Positions 23,521 to 36,438 of a DNA stretch of 42,143 nucleotides are shown here, in pieces. The stretch comes from Vitrella brassicaformis CCMP3155 (Eukaryota; Protista; Chromerida). Below the pieces are notes generated by a model. That model was not told the origin of the DNA. It ran no database searches and was given only the letters and a program-made list of their open reading frames with translations. The translations under genes and the position numbers were made by a program. The stretch covers positions 1 to 42,143 of the forward strand of contig CDMY01000615.1 of the NCBI GenBank assembly GCA_001179505.1, in the 5' to 3' direction. Positions within the stretch are counted from its first letter, which is position 1; each line of letters opens with the position of its first letter.

Positions 23521-26500
23521 GACAGATGCTTAGGGAATCCACACCTCCCTACACACAAGCAGGCACACAAAAGGTGAGCCTTCTGGCCTTAGATCGCTTA
23601 TGTCTTACTTGATCACCACGACAGCATGGTCCTTCCTTGGTGCGCCGAGCGTTCTGGCAACGGGTGCTACCAAATACGCCGGCGCATGGGCAGCGAGTAA
23701 AGAGACACCTGTAGCAAGAGAGGGAGAGACTTGCAGAGCCAAGCATCCAACCGTGAGGGAGTTGCTTAGAACTTGATCTCCAAGAGTCAGTTGGCTATTT
23801 CGAGAGAGCACAATATGTCCACCTAAAGCATAACCTGCACAGAGAGAGAAACACGCATAGAGCCATGTATCATCTGGTTTATCTCTCCTACGAGTTGTCC
23901 GTTCTGTGTATTATAGAGCTGAAACTCTTCTGCTCTCTTTGACGTAAACATAGAACTCATCAATTGATTCGTCTCATGCCCCAGCTTTGCGCATCAAGTA
24001 TCTGAGCGAGATCAACTAAGGAGATGAGCAAAGATAGCCAATACCTGCTGTTCTTTGTTGTTCTGTCCCTAAAGTTCTTCTGAGTCTTGAGCCAGGCTCT
24101 TAGGGCAAGGCGGCCGCCTTCTTCGGTATCCAGCCGGTTTCGGCCTTAGCATGGCCATTTGAGCTTCAAACTGCTGCAAGTCAATACACACAATATCAGA
24201 TCCATCGGTGCTGTCCGTCCATCATGAAACCCGTCTTCTCTTTCGTCCTGTGCAAAATGCCTCGGCTTTCAGTCTTGAGGACGGAGAGACATACGAAATG
24301 GCCTTACTCTGTAGCATGTAGAGCCCTAGATTCCATTCCTCGCGAGTAACAACATACCAGTTCTGCTAGAGCCCTACTGCACTCGATGGCCACGAATAAT
24401 GGATCGATTATCACACTCCGGTTACCTACTAGCAGGCAAAACCCGTGTGTGGCCACCGAGGGTGAAGTTGATCACTCCAGTCATCTCCTAATGCTTTCAA
24501 GCACCTGAAGCTGCAACAAATGGACGCTTAATGTGTGTATGATCGAATGGCTTTCACATTCATCCTATACACAGTGATATTGACGCCGTAGTTTTCCGGC
24601 TGGACGTCATCTGGCCCGCGAGCCTTCTGAGTGAGGAAGCCTTCTGAGCGAGGAAGACAAGGTCAGACTGATTGTCGAGGGACTTCATCGCCTGATACAC
24701 GCAGGGATACAAGTCACAGTGCTTGTTCTTAGTTAAAATCGGCCACCGACTGGACGAATCGCTGGGTTTCTCGAGAAGCAGCACCTTCCTGACACGAAAA
24801 AGGAAACCATGCATGCTCCCAATGAGTGTGTCTCTCAAGCTGCATGGCTTGTGACTTTGCACGGTCCGGCCAGCTTGATTGTGGCCCTCCCAGGGAGATC
24901 GTCAGCTGATGGAATGTCTTTGTTGGGGTACGAGAATGATAATCCAGGGACCGGTGTTCTAGACCGATATAGGCAAGCGACAAAGACTGCAAGGAATCAG
25001 AAGGGCTTCCGAGCCTGCACGAGCTATCTCAGCCATCGAGCTGATTCTCTCTTCAGAAAGCGAGATATTTTGTCAAAGTCAGCCACACAGTCTCTTAGCG
25101 GAGTTGGATAGTCTCCTTGGCAAGCTGAAGGCTGTTGTCGAGGCGTGTCTTCTCCTCTGCTGAGCAATGATCGGCACAATAATTTTCCACCGATTCTAGA
25201 AAGCGATATTTGAATAACGTGTATGGCTGTCTCAGAAGAGGTGACACGTCCTTTCAAGTCGAAAAGGTCGGTCTTGTCGCCGAGAGAGAGTGTCCTCTCG
25301 GTTTGCTTCCGAGGGCGACTTCGCAGACATCAGGCTCAGAGGGGCTGAAGGGGCCGACGAGTGGTGTTTGCAGAGGTATCGCCAACGATGGCAGGGGTTT
25401 GTGAGACGTCTCTTGCCAGCATAGACAGGGGTCACTAATGATGCAGGAGAAGAGTTACCCTCTGTGCGTAGTTTGCTGCACGCATCCGAGGTACATTTTT
25501 CTGCGTGTGCTAGCTAAGCAAAGATGAAAGGGACAGAATAATGGACGGACTCGTAAGCAAGACACTTCCTTGCAGAGCAGGCCTTCTTTGAGACTCAGGA
25601 CGTTTTGCGTGACGTCGCTCGTTTGTTTACACTCAAGTTTCGTATGTCAGGGCTTATGGGCTCCCCAAACGACATAACGAACGAAAGGGGAGGCGTTCAC
25701 TCAAGCAGGCCTACAGCAAGCGAGCGAGCGAGAAAAGAAGAAACCCGTCCAACATACATACACACAGACGCAGAAAATCAGGCTATTTCCGGAGTGCATT
25801 TGTATGCAGGCAGGCAGGCAGCAAATTCACGAAAGGCTTATCCCCTTCCCGTCACCATCCTTCAACATGTCCCCGTGTGTTGTCGAGACTGTGCGGTGAG
25901 CGATGACTGACGGACTAATTGACAGCGTCCAAAAGCCCAGGTCCGCTCCAGCAGCTCATTCATGCCCGCTGAGGGCCCACGTGAGGCCACTTTGTGGGGA
26001 GGGGGCCCTGGGCAAAGTCACAACCCCATCATTCCAGATCGTGATCTACAAAGTCGCATTGAGCGCGCTACAGCCCCATGCAGCCCTTTGCGTGCCTCTC
26101 TTCCTTCTCGTCTTCTCTCTGGCGCTTCTCGATGGGCTTCTCGGCTCCTTACCGAACCTTATTCCTCGTGGGTGCCGTCAAGTCGTATCGATCAAGCGAG
26201 AGCCTCACTTGGACGTCCACCTAGAGGCCCACATCTCAGAGCCCGTACCGAGCCGGTTTCGTCGTGCACAATAGACTTATCTGGCGGTGCGTCTGCTGCA
26301 CTTTGATCACTGCCCTCGCCCTCGAGACCTCCCTCACTGATCAAGTAACATCGCGAAGGGGCCTGATAGCAGGTTACAACCGAGACAGGGGAAGCTTCTG
26401 AGCTTGCCCGCTTGAGAGACACAGGCGGAACGCCTGCCTTGCAGCAAGACTCAATCTGGAGGTGTGCGACCCTGCAGAGGGCTAGCGGCCACTTCACTGA

Positions 26501-27098
26501 GGCCTCACTCCGCAACCTCCGAAGGTAGAAAGACGCGGGCCGAGTTAAGCCGTTGACGATCTCCATTTGGCATCAGCAGCCTGAGTACGTGGCCTTGCCA
26601 CAGTCGCTCCGCTGTCATCCTTCGGGCCGGTGAGAGCTTTTACCCTGTAGACCCCACGCATATAGAGCGGAACCTTACCTTCGGGGCTTGTTGGGTATGC
26701 TATTCAATTAAAACAAAGTGTTGTTCTTTATCGTTCCTGTACACTGCAGATTACCTGGACGTGTCTCCGTAACTAGCGCTGTTTCAAGCTGATCAGGGTG
26801 ACAAGGCCTGGGAACGCCGAAGTCTGCTAGGCAGTTGACATCCAAGGCATCTGAGAGAGCCCTCGACCTCAACTGGAAACCCTTACGCCTTACAAAACAC
26901 CAAGAACCAGTACAAACGACAAAAATATACCTGCAGCGGCCATAATTCACGATGCAGTGAAAAGACACTCAGAGAAAAGGTGTTCATAAGCATGAAAAAG
27001 CGCCTTCGAGACCCCATAAACACACGAGCAGGCGAGTTGCTTGCCCATGGCAGCGCTTTCGTGGCGCACGAAGGTGAGTGAGAAAACGTCAGGCGACC

Positions 27099-29747
27099 TC
27101 ACTTTATCGTCCATGTCAACACACTCGTGTGGGGCAATCGTAAGCGAGCCACAGATGGATCGTGATCAGAGGATCTAGCTTCCAAGTCAGGTGTGTTGAC
27201 ATGAATGATCTCGTACTCGCGCTTCGAGAAGGCCTCGTTAACCAGAATGTGGTCAAAGCTTGCGAATTGCTTCCGCGCTGAAGATGGTCGTGAAGCGCTC
27301 AGGAGGCTCAAGCTGGTCCGTGGTAAGGTTGATGAGACCGATGTCTGTGAGCATCCTGAGCGAGGAGGTAGAGAAGGTCTCGTCATAATCATTGAAGTCG
27401 CCCAAGACAACTATCTTGGCGTGAGGGTCCGCAGCGAGAATTCTCTTGACGAAGTCGGCATTGACGGCAGCTTGGGCATCACGCTTCTTTTGGCCACTGA
27501 TGCAAAGGGGCTGTACCGAACCGAAGAGAGCACAGCTGCCGAGGCGAGAAATAAAGTGATTGACGATGACGAAGACGGTCTCTCCCTTGAATCGGAATTC
27601 ACCCGCCAAGGGCTTGCGTGACTTCTGGAAGGCATCGTTGGTCGGGTCAATCCTACCGGGGCTCAACGTGAGCTGGATTGTGCCCCCTCTTCTGACCACA
27701 TCAGTGCTGTCCTCAGGACCGGCTCTGCCGCGATCGACGAAGGTCACTCGATCGGGGTTTAACAGAAATGCGACTCGAATGTTGCCACCATCCTGACCTC
27801 CGTCCTGGTCGTTCAATGGGTCGATCTCGCGCCAACCGTATCTAGGTCCTCTTGCCTCAGCGATGGCCTCGACCAGTGCCTTGAGAGTTTCATCGGCTGA
27901 CACCGTGCCATCGTCGATAGACCCACTGTTGTCCTGCACCTCTTGCAAGCCGATGATGTCTGGTGCTTGTAGGCTATATGCAATGACGCGGCCGAACTTC
28001 GTCAGCTGGGACCTATCAGAAGGGTCGAGGTTCAACACGTTGACGGTTGCCACCTGAATGAGTGGTAAGCACATCAGAAAGTCGATCTCCGTATGCATCG
28101 ACATTCAGTACATGTCTCCATTTAACTCACCGTCAGAGCATCAGCCGTCCCTCTGAGGGTCGTCGTTAGTTTTGGTTGGAAAGTGGACGGGGTGATAACG
28201 GAAGGAGCCTCGGCAGGCAAGACCTCATAGTTGCCATAGTCATACGACAGTACACCAATCATGTCGCCGAGCTTGTCACCTAAGAGAGAGGCAGAAACAC
28301 CATGAAAGGGAGACACGATCAACGTATGTCGCCCTCTCTTCATTCGAGCCCCCCCTCAAGCAAGAGTATCGGGTCTGCTTACCCATTTTCGGGTCCGGAA
28401 AATACGACCCACCGAGTCTGGAGATGCCGTCGTCAATCTGCATATGCTCGGGGTTGAAGTCGCCATCGCTGATAGTGATGCCACCGATCGAGTTAATGAA
28501 GGTAGCCTCTCGGCCACCATCAACAACTCCCAAATCTCTCCGTAGCGGGTTTTGGGACCCACGACGTGAAAGTCCTTGAGCTCGACACGCATACCCGAAT
28601 GACAGAGGGAAGGGGAGAGGAAAGGAAGAAAGAGGCATTGTTATCCATGAACTCTGGACAAACATGTAATATCAGTACATGCATGTACACATTCATTTAT
28701 GAGTATATGGATGTACACATACATGCATGCATACATACGCGTTTACGTACGATACTATCCCAGCGCTCCCGCCCACCATTCCTGCATACCTTCGAGCTTC
28801 TCGTAGAAGTCGATGCCGTCTGGGTCAATCTTGTCACTCGGAGGTCTGCCCATGACCACAGGCTTCGGGAGATCATTCCCCATGCTGACTACCTCAGGCT
28901 GGCCGGCAGGAAGCAGCTGCGTCCGAGACAAATCCCCCGAGCTCCTCACGTCCTCTTGGACCCTCGCCCGCAGACGGACTTCATCGCCCACCTCCAGCCC
29001 CTCGAGGAACCCATCGAGGAAGACAAAGATGCCGTCTGACGTCTCACTCCTGCCGTCTCCCTCCGGGTCTTGCATGTAGAACCCATCGCGAGCCAGGGAC
29101 GTGACGATTCTCGTCGTCTCGACACGCATCCCTTCCAGCGTAGACTTCCGGCCGGACCCCTGGATATCATAGATCTTCTTCTCCAAGATGTCGACCTCTC
29201 CGAAAGATTGGCCCACATTGACTCTTCCGGGGCTCTCATCAGCTGGCCCTGCCCACATGAAGTCACTGGCCTCTCGTCCGATGCCGATCAGCTGGAGAGA
29301 CTGACCGACAGGCGTCGTACCAGATTCTGAAACTCTGATGGCGGTGCTTGTCATGCCTTCAGCAGGTCCGTCCAGTGCCTCAAAGCTGCGTCCTCCATAA
29401 CTCACAAACTGCTCCACATCTCCGTGAGAATTGACGAGCGCCAGACCGTCCGGTCCATTTTGAAGGCCAACCCCCTTAAACGCACGCACGCCAAAGCCGT
29501 TCAATTGGTCGGGAAGGACTTCATCGAGCTCAATTGTATCGTAGACCTGCCCATCGCGTCCGTTGTACAGCTTCACTGTCCAGCCAGCGAGATTGGTGCC
29601 AGCAAGGCCAGCGATCTCGACAAATTCACCCACGTCGACGCATTTATTATCGTAATGCACCTCATTGATGAAGACGGACTGTCCGGCACAGGGCGGGACG
29701 CAAGACACGAGCACAACAGCGACGGCGAGGGCGAGATTAAGCATCAT
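27099..29747 (-). pseudogene. Secreted bacterial-type nuclease (signal peptide, lamin-tail domain, OB fold, EEP domain); disabled copy
   Basis: MMLNLALAVAVVLVSC leader, VFINEVHYDN..GEFVEI (LTD), IYDIQG..GFYMQD..TSDGIFV (OB), then LQEVQDN, NIRVAFL, SRKPL, IVNHF, VVLGDFND, DHIL and SDHDP (EEP). Introns at 28789-28595, 28382-28280 and 28130-28054. Lesions: intron-1 acceptor AG>GG (28596), a -1 frameshift near 28522 and a frameshift near 27250. Confidence 0.88.
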
Positions 29748-30149
29748 AGCTGTGTGACGGCAGATGACGGGCTGCGCCAATACACAACAAGATGTAAGCA
29801 GGTGAGCGCCTCCGTCGCGCTGGAGCTGGCTCACCAAAAGCAAGCTTCAAACTTCTTCCTCACCTGAATGTGACGAGATCTGTTCGACACTTGTGCCGTA
29901 TGAATGGGTTAGTTGCACCTACAGTTAGAGAATCCGCAGTGGCTCAGGGAACGAGTAGGAATGTGACGAAGCCCGAAGAAGCATTCAGTGACGATAGAGG
30001 TCTACATGGACACGCACGCTTGGGTCATTCACAAGCATCGTTGTATCCATGCCTCGTAGATCTCGTTGTGTAACTCGCCTATGCTCTAACTCCTACGAGC
30101 AACAGATGAGACCCGATGATGGCGAGTTCTAGAGTAGCGCGCGCCTCCC

Positions 30150-30445
30150 GTAGTGCAACCGGGCCTGACGTTTTTGCTGTGGCTCGCCCAGTGGGCAAGA
30201 AGCGTCCGATCAGGGTTTGCTGCTAGCCGTTTTTCAGTCAGTGAGGTTGGTTGGGAGAGATTCCCTTCCGTCGAAGCGCTCACCGCGCCCATTGGCTTTA
30301 CTCACTGATGCGCTGACTCTGACTGCCTCGTGAATGATGGTTGGGAGCGTGCTTGAGATCGGAAGAGCCACCTCGAGATCTGCTGGAGCACACGTAACGG
30401 GACGGCAAATGACGTCTTGACTTGTCTTGACGTGTCCGAGCAGAA
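30150..30445 (+). repeat. Dispersed repeat family C; inverted copy at 39905-40265, partial boxes at about 10680 and 11640
   Basis: Shared blocks aaccgggcctgacgttttt, agtgaggttgg, cgctcaccgcgcccattggcttt, gatcggaagagcca and gtcttgacgtgtcc.agcagaa. Confidence 0.8.
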
Positions 30446-30745
30446 NNNNNNNNNNNNNNNNNNNNNNNNNNNNNNNNNNNNNNNNNNNNNNNNNNNNNNN
30501 NNNNNNNNNNNNNNNNNNNNNNNNNNNNNNNNNNNNNNNNNNNNNNNNNNNNNNNNNNNNNNNNNNNNNNNNNNNNNNNNNNNNNNNNNNNNNNNNNNNN
30601 NNNNNNNNNNNNNNNNNNNNNNNNNNNNNNNNNNNNNNNNNNNNNNNNNNNNNNNNNNNNNNNNNNNNNNNNNNNNNNNNNNNNNNNNNNNNNNNNNNNN
30701 NNNNNNNNNNNNNNNNNNNNNNNNNNNNNNNNNNNNNNNNNNNNN

Positions 30746-31641
30746 ATGACCACAGACTTTGGGAGATCATTCCCCTTGCTGATCACCTCAGGCTGGCCGG
30801 CAGGAAGCAGCTGCGTTCGAGACAAATCCCCCGACCTCCTCACGTACTCTTGGACCCTCGCACGCAGACGGACTTCGTCGCCCACCTCCAGCCCCTCGGG
30901 GAACCCATCGAGGAAGACAAAGATGCCGTCTGATGTCTCACTCCTGCCGTCTGCCTCCCGGTCTTGTATGTAGAACCCATCGCGAGCCAGGGACGTGACG
31001 ATTCCCGTCGTCTCGACAGGCATCCCTTCCAGCGTAGACTTCCGGCCAGACCCCTGGATATCATAGATCTTCTTCTCCAAGATGACGACCTCTCCGAAAG
31101 ATTGGCCCACATTGACTCTTCCGGGGCTCTCATCAGCTGGCCCTGCCCACATGAAGTCACTGGCCTCTCGTCCGATGCCGATCAGCTGGAGAGACTGACC
31201 GACAGGCGTCGTACCAGACTCTGAAACTCTGATGGCGGTGCTAGTCATGCCTTCAGCAGGTCCGTCCAGTGCCTCGAAGCTGCGTCCTTCATAACTCACA
31301 AACTGCTCCACATCTCCGTGAGAATTGACGAGCGCCAGACCGTCCGGTCCATTTTGAAGGCCAATCTCCTTGAACGCACGCACGCCAAAGCCGTTCAATT
31401 GGTCGGGAAGGACTTCATCGAGCTCAATAGTACCGTAGACCTGCCCATCGCGTCCGTTGTACAGCTTCACTGTCCAGCCAGCGAGATTGGTGCCAGCAAG
31501 GCCAGCGATCTCGACAAATTCACCCACGTCGACGCCTTTATTGTCGTAATGCACCTCATTGATGAAGACGGACTGTCCGGCACAGGGCGGGACGCTAGAC
31601 ACGAGCACAACAGAGACGGCGAGGGCGAGATTGAGCATCAT
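30746..31641 (-). CDS. Second copy of the LTD-OB-EEP nuclease; 5' part only, cut by the gap
   Basis: Highly similar to 28840-29747 and open throughout. It has consensus-like residues where copy 1 deviates (NKGVD vs NKCVD, TTGIV vs TTRIV, QEYV vs QEDV). Confidence 0.85.
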
Positions 31642-31899
31642 AGCTGTGGTGATGGCAGGTGACGGGCTGCGCCAATACACAGCAAGATGTAAGCAGGTGA
31701 GCGCCTCCGTCTGGCTGGAGCTGGCTCACCAAAAGCACGTTTCAAACTTCCTCACCTGAATGTGACGAGATCTGTTCGACACTTGTGCCGCCTGAATGGG
31801 TTGGTTGCACCTACAGTTAGAGAATCCGCAGTGGCTCAGGGAACGAGTAGGAATGTGACGAAGCCCGAAGAAGCATTCAGTGACGATAGAGGCCTACAT

Positions 31900-32596
31900 A
31901 GCAGCGGTTTCAGGGAGTACCCTAGGCGGCCTGACGGCCCAGTCCCATGTTCGTCCATCCCAACATGCAACATGCACCCCAACATGCAACACGCACACGC
32001 AACACGCAGCTCGCCAAGGGCAGAAGCAGCAAACAGGTGGATATGCAATGCGTTACGAACGACGGCAACATACGAGCGAGCAGGCACATAGCGTCACACG
32101 CACGCCACCCCAGCACGCGGCTGGAAGAAGGCGACGTGCGTGCTGCACCATGACTCCATACGTAAATACCGCCCATCCCCAGCTGGCCAGCCAGTGCAGA
32201 TCGACCAGTCACACACAAATATGCCCTTGACACAAACACACACGGGGAGATGAGGGTGTCCGAAAGTGGGGCGCACCGCCGCTCCAGGCTCCACGGCGGA
32301 GAGGGGGCGGCAGGCGGCCGACTTGCAGACAGCCACAAAGCACGCCCGCACACACATCACCGCAGGGAAAACCACAAGGGCAAGCCACATACAGCCAGAC
32401 GCACCTGAACGCCGTGCCGACATACTCGCCCCTCGCTACACGCCCTCATACGAATACCGACACCCCAGCCTCAGACGTACACACCCATACACACACACCC
32501 ACCCACACACACACACAGGCACATTGAAGTCACATGCATGCGAAAGAAAGGCGCGGCACAGTGTGGCGAGCAAAAGGCCTAGTGGGGTGAATAAGG
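31900..32596. mobile_element. About 700-bp insertion upstream of nuclease copy 2; unclassified
   Basis: Absent from the orthologous position upstream of copy 1 (30001-30025 joins ctacat directly to ggacacgcacgcttgggtc). Its left 40 bp match 1733-1772. Confidence 0.6.
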
Positions 32597-32779
32597 TGTA
32601 CACGCAAGCTTGGGTCATTCACATGCATCGTTGCATCCATGTCTCGTAGTTCTCGGCGTGTAACTCGCCTGTGCTGTAACTCCCCCTCTCGTTCGTCAGC
32701 TCTTGCTTGTCGTTGCTCTCGAGCGCTCTGGAGGCGTTGGCGGTCAGCGAGATCACCGAGAAAGAAAAACGCTTTTGGC

Positions 32780-34560
32780 GACGAGTTGCTTTTGGCTGTT
32801 GTTCACTCATCTGGTAGATCGACCTCTCCCGAGTGGGAAGCTTATCACCAGAGGGCCTGCCAGCTTCGCTTGCGCTGTGTAGCCCTTCCTGATGGCAACC
32901 TTGGCCGAGCTATCACTGATGCTGTCGCCGATGACGTGGAGGAGATTGCCAAGCTTGAGGCACCTGCTGAGCGGCTCTTCGTCTTCATCCGCAGACTTAT
33001 TCAACGTGACCCTGATGTGCGGAAGAGCAAGGATGTCAGACGGATGCTCTGGCGGCGACTCGAGATGTGGCGGGAGGTGCTGGTGGAGGAGCTCCTGGAA
33101 GCGGAACGACTGGACGAACACTTCGCCGCCACTCAACCTCCTCTTGACGACGAGTCCGTCTACCGCATCTTCAACAAGCTCATGCTGGAGGGCAAGGTCC
33201 GGGCGGCTGTTCGCTTCGTCACTGAGAGGGGTGGTGGCGGTGTCCTCCATCCGTCCGCTCAAGCTGAGAAGCGCCCACCAGGCGTCACACTGCTCGACGT
33301 CCTTCGCGAGAAACACCCACCGCAGCAGCAGCCATGCGAGGAGGCCTTCCTTCCCTGCGACTCCCTCCCTCCCCTTATAGACGTGGACATCACTGAGTCA
33401 ACGGCGGAGCGCACTATACGAAGCCTGAGCGGGAGCGCTGGGCCGACTGGAGGCGACGTGGACTTCTGGCAGGGGCTCCTGCTTCGCTTCGGCGCCAAGA
33501 GCGGCCGCCTTCGCTCGGCAGTGGCGTCTCCCGTGTCCGGCCTGGCACCGATCAGCTGTGCATCGAGGTGAAGGCGGGCATCGAGGGGGCCGTGCATGCT
33601 ATGAACGACATCTTCCAAGAGGATGGGACTGAAGGCTTTCTGCTGGTGGATGCGAACAACGCTTTCAACAGCATCAGTCGACCTGCAGCCATCTGGAACA
33701 CTCGTGTACTGTGGCCCCGCTGCTCTCGTTACGTGTCCAACACCTATTGAGGCTTCGCCGGCCTCTACCTGCAAGACTCGACCGACTGCCTGTGGAGCCG
33801 TGAAGGCGTAACCCAGGGCGATTCCTTGGCGGTGTTCGTCTACGCCTGCGGCAGCCTCCCCCTCATCCATGCTTTGCGGGCCGCCTGTGCTGAGGAGGGG
33901 TATCGGATGCCATCGAGTGGGAGGTAAGACGACCTTGGCGGGGATGAGTGTGGATCAGATGAGGATGAAAAGGAAAAGGGGTCATCAGAAGCCAATGACA
34001 AGCCATCAGAAGTGGAAGGGGGAGGGGTGGGTGCATGTGTGTTTTCGGGTGTGGATGTAGGTGTGAATGTGGAGGAGAATTCGCCTGTTTCTTCATCGGC
34101 CTCTTCGCCTGATGCCCCGCTTCGACAGTGCTGGTATGCGGACGACTCGTCGGCCCTCGGCAAACTTCTCGCTATCCTCGTGTGGTTCCGTGCCATGTGT
34201 CGCATCGGCCCCTCATTTGGCTAGCACCCCGACCCTGCCAAGTGCTTCCTCATCGTCAAGCCCGACCTCGAGCACGCCGCGCGAGAGCTGTTCGCGGCCG
34301 AGGGGGTGCAAATCGTCACGGGCAGGAGGTTTGTGGGCGGCTATGTGGGTGACGAGACGGGGAGGGCAGCTTTCCTCCGCGAGAAAGTCGAAGGGTGAGT
34401 GCACAGCGTGCGTGCGCTCACTTCAGCTTCCCGCAACTTCCCCCACACGGCCCACGCGGCGATAACGCGGTCCCTGCAGATAGAGTAGGGCTACGTCCTT
34501 CGAGTCGTGCTCACCGACGAGTGTGCGCCGAGTAAGTCAATCAAGCGCTCGTCGTTCAGG
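32780..34560 (+). mobile_element. Decayed CRE-clade non-LTR retrotransposon (N-terminal region and RT)
   Basis: LPDG.LGR, RRLEMW, GKVRAAVR, LREKHP, GSAGPTG, QLC..KAGIEGAVHAM, LLVDANNAFN, EGVTQGDSLA, WYADD and GGYVG. Carries several in-frame stops (33748, 33925, 34222, about 34396), an internal deletion near 33530 and a 3' truncation. Confidence 0.9.
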
Positions 34561-35690
34561 CTCCCTCACTTGGGCTGGCTAGACAATGCACATACCTCAA
34601 AGGGAAAAAGAGTGGGGCGGTCACATACAAAAGACCTACCTGACCGAAAGGGTCAGGCGGGTCAGGTGAGTAAGAAACGTATCTGCGGATGTGCCTCTCG
34701 CATGTCTCTGCAAAGAACGGCCAATGCCCTTTCTGTCGAGCGAGGAACGATCGCATTGGTGAGGGGTCTCACGAAGAAAGTAGAGACTTTCAGTGACACA
34801 CGCCACCGATCTTTCCGGACCATTAGAAAACAGAGATCGTTGTTGTATATATAGAGAATATGTACCCATGAACCCTGGTCCCTTCGGTCCTACGAGTTTC
34901 ATGGTACATATTCTCTATGGGGTGCAGAGTTTGAGTTGGCTGGGATGGACGGGCGGCCTCAATTGTTGTGAGCACGCATTGATGGAGCAAGGACTTGAGC
35001 AAACAATGAAGCAAGCACGTATTGATCGAGCAAGCGATGAAGCACGCACCTTTGTCCTTGCGCTATGCAAAGCATGCACCGTCCAATCAATCGCTCAGAA
35101 TACTGATAGAGAATGCTTTGGACGTGAGCAACAGCCACCCAACACTCACACCCACAGTCAGTCATGCGACGATCTAACACGTCTATTGGGGGCACGTCAC
35201 TGACTGGTAAGCGAGAGTAGACAGAGGTAGATACCAGACAGGCACACACAGCTACAGACAGCACTGACAGAGTGACGAGCCGACAGGTTGAGAGCACGCA
35301 CGCAACAAACGCTATGCCTCTCTCATCTCACACACCGACACCGAAGGCAACCACAACAGTCCATCCGTTACTAGAGATGGCTACAACTCAAAAAACACAC
35401 CTTCAGACAAACAGCTCACCAAAAAATGACACGCTGACTCTCGTACGACTATCGTACGCCAGAGTTTCACTGTATATAATCTGCACGCACGCATCGTCCG
35501 TCCTGCTAAGTACGTGAGCACGCATCGTCCAATCAGTCAGTGAGCCTGTCCGTCTGTGAATGCAAACACGCACGCACCGAACGCCAAGCAAAGAAGTCCT
35601 TGCTCCCATACGAAGCACTCTCCCCTTCCTCCCTCCCTTCCTCCCCTAAGCACGTGAGCACTTGTTGGTCCGCACACGCATAGCACACCC

Positions 35691-36229
35691 GCACTGCATG
35701 CCCTCTCTCATATACTCCTCGCCCTTTTACGCACAACCGCACACAGACACACCTCTAGCAGACATCATCAAGAAAAAACGCACCCCACGTACGCACGCAC
35801 ACCCACACGCGCACTGCATGCCCGTCTTCCATCCATTAAGCAAGCACACACCATCACACACAAGTCGTCATTGCCCGACAAAAGCACACGCTTTTGTCCA
35901 CATTGAAAGGACTCAACGTACGTATGCACACACACCCATTCACCCAAACACACGCACTGCATGCCCTCTCTCATGTACTCCTCGCCCTTTTACGCACAAC
36001 CGCACACAGACACGCCTCTAGTAGACATCATGAAGAAGAAACGCACCCCACGTACGCACGCACACTCACACATGCACTGCATGCCCGTCTTCCATACATT
36101 AAGCAAGCACACACCATCACACACAAGTCGTCATTGCCCGACAAAAGCACACGCCTTTGTCCACATTGAAAGGACTCAACGTACGCACGCAGGCACACCC
36201 ACTCACCCAAACACACGCACTGCATGCCC
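35691..36229. repeat. Tandem duplication of a 263-bp CA-rich unit
   Basis: gcactgcatgccctc recurs at 35691, 35954 and 36217 (period 263) with near-identical intervening sequence. Confidence 0.9.
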
Positions 36230-36240
36230 TCAACTTCAAA

Positions 36241-36362
36241 CGTGCATGCGCAGGTGTGCGTACATAGATATTCATCATATACCCACACTCCAAGTCCACG
36301 CGTGTATGCGGAGGTGTACGCACAGAAACAATCGTCATATACCCACATTCCAAGTCGACGCG
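36241..36362 (+). repeat. Two copies of the 60-bp minisatellite unit
   Basis: gtg(c/t)atgcg.aggtgt.cg.aca...tcatatacccaca.tccaagtc.ac at period 60, the same unit as 41.3-42.1 kb. Confidence 0.85.
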
Positions 36363-36438
36363 TGGCCGTTCATGACGATGATGAACGTATGCGATTCGTT
36401 GGACACGTTGCGTGCGGGTTCGACGACAGTGCACCACG

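Noticed and set aside
34638-34667. GAAA-capped hairpin cctgacc-gaaag-ggtcagg with a duplicated 3' arm
   Set aside because: Only a 7-8 bp stem with no supporting structure. It is compatible with chance or a small local duplication.
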